IMG/VR virus record: IMGVR_UViG_3300032213_003144
Location: 106,426-170,425 of that record
Strand: one strand, 5' to 3'
From: a virus
Length of the DNA stretch: 64,000 nucleotides
Made by a program: the position numbers and the translations under genes. Below the pieces are notes generated by a model. That model worked only from the letters and a program-made list of their open reading frames with translations. It was not told where the DNA came from and ran no database searches. Numbering within the stretch: the first letter of the stretch is position 1; each line of letters starts with the position of its first letter. Shown here piece after piece: positions 62,682 through 64,000 of this stretch.

Positions 62682-62912
62682 CTACCACTTGGACTCTACA
62701 AATGCGTGAGTCTCTGGAATCTCCTCATGTACTACATAGAACGGGTCATATAGTGATTCCCGTAGTTGGTTAGCAAGTGCCGGCTTGAATTCTTCCAGCA
62801 GGTTGAAGTACATTTGCCCATAACGAAGTGGGTATTTATCGTTCTTCTGAAGCTCGTACTTGATGCTGACATCAGCAATGAAGTCGTTGTAGGAGATGTA
62901 ATCGTGTGTCAT
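62682..62912 (-). CDS. Hypothetical protein
   Basis: LRYGQMYFNLL...DPFY motif. Confidence 0.6.
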   Translation of the reverse strand: MTHDYISYNDFIADVSIKYELQKNDKYPLRYGQMYFNLLEEFKPALANQLRESLYDPFYVVHEEIPETHAFVESKW

Positions 62913-63224
62913 GTTTTCATTATATGATGTATTTATTATGGGGACAACACGTGACAGCTTGTATCAAGATACTCAAGAAGTAATAGATGAATACGAAGAT
63001 AAGGCCTTCGTCGAGCTAGCAATGAATGAGGAAATCCCATGCTGCGCGGGAGTGCATCCGAAAGAAACTCGATATTACAAAAAGGTAAAAATAAGGGCAG
63101 AAAAGCTTTATGGTTTGGATAAATCTAAGTAAAATAGCTGGAGTCAATTTTCTGCTATTTGGCTCCCCCCCGGTATAGGGGTTTTGTGGAAAGCGTTAAA
63201 AAAGCGGGGCTCATAGGGGGTCTC

Positions 63225-64000
63225 TAAACCCACCCCCACCCCCCATACCACCACCCCAGCAGACGGGGGGCTTCCGATAATCCACACCAAACGAGACCAC
63301 CTCACAGCGTGACCACCCCAGAGGTAGGTGAGACTTATCCCTAATAGATAACTCCACCCCACCCAGAGGACACCCCAGAGAGCAACCCAAGAGGTATGCC
63401 CTAAGTCCAACCCAGAGAGGTACGCCCAGAGGCACGCCAGACACACCCAGAGGCACACCATTGACATACCCCATAGAGACACACCCAGAACACACACCCC
63501 AGAGGGACACCAGAGGAACACCCCAGAGAGGTATGCCCCAAGAGGAACACACCCAGACACCCCAGAGACACGCCCAGAAGCCCCAGAGGGGGGGTATATA
63601 GTGATGATATATGAGTAAGTCAAAAGGTAAAGAGTATTGCCCTTGTAGTAGCGACCCAGATGGCAGGCGCATACTCACTTGTGATGATGGTGATGATGAT
63701 GATGAGTAGGTGACCTCACCCCCACCCCCCTGCCCTACCCCCTACCCCCTACCCCACCCCTACCCCCACCCCTACCCCCTCACCCCTTGACCCTCACCCC
63801 TTGACCCCACCCCCTTGCCCCAAGCCACACGGGTAGCACACGGGTATTACTAGGTATCACCTACCCCATACCCCTACCTACCCCCATACCTATACCCACC
63901 CCACCCCATACCCACCCCATAGCACGACCCTTGACACCCACCCCTACCCCATACCCCCCTTGACCTCACCCCCACTACCCCCCCCCAAACCCCACACCCC
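63225..64000. repeat. C-rich low-complexity repeat region (CCCAGAG units, then ACCCC/TACCCC units)
   Basis: Many degenerate copies of (CA)CCCAGAG(AGG) at ~63310-63590 and (T)ACCCC at ~63715-64000; extreme C over G strand skew. Confidence 0.85.

Noticed and set aside
63144-63678. ORFs 63144-63623 and 63211-63678
   Set aside because: Products of the low-complexity repeat, Gly/Val/Leu/Trp-rich with no credible start context

Overview
This window is part of a large tailed dsDNA phage genome (HK97-fold head module). The host is probably an actinobacterium, inferred from WhiB and an actinobacterial-type ferredoxin and SSB. Layout: recombination genes (RuvC-like, HNH, RecB-type nuclease, Rad52/Sak) and terminase on the minus strand; a ~33 kb plus-strand head region (portal, giant protease-fusion protein, acidic PepSY-like protein, second giant protein, several head-region proteins, major capsid protein); a metabolic/tRNA block (ferredoxin, TauD-like dioxygenase, ACP, glutathione peroxidase, ThyX, class II RNR, tRNAs); WhiB, primase-helicase and a third giant protein; SSB, transglycosylase, thioredoxin, more tRNAs, a second TauD-like gene; and a C-rich low-complexity end. 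The main signal is that the three giant ORFs (3694, 2699, 2583 aa) look like polyproteins. Their enzyme domains (KTSC, sigma-R4 HTH, ArdC/zincin, UvrD helicase, ParB-like, RelA/SpoT-type synthetase, DEDDh exonuclease, GNATs, ART-like, HExxH peptidases) are separated by about 25 copies of an [LIPV]-[SAT]-L-[SA]-S-G peptide written with varied synonymous codons. The first is fused to the prohead protease, and they share short N-terminal modules with other head-region proteins. I infer a virion-packaged, proteolytically processed multi-effector payload. Other notable items are an A10 slippery run at the protease/cargo junction, two atypical tRNA-like genes and a terminated intergenic 16-mer complementary to 23S rRNA helix 69. 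All domain calls are from motif recognition by eye; no searches were run.
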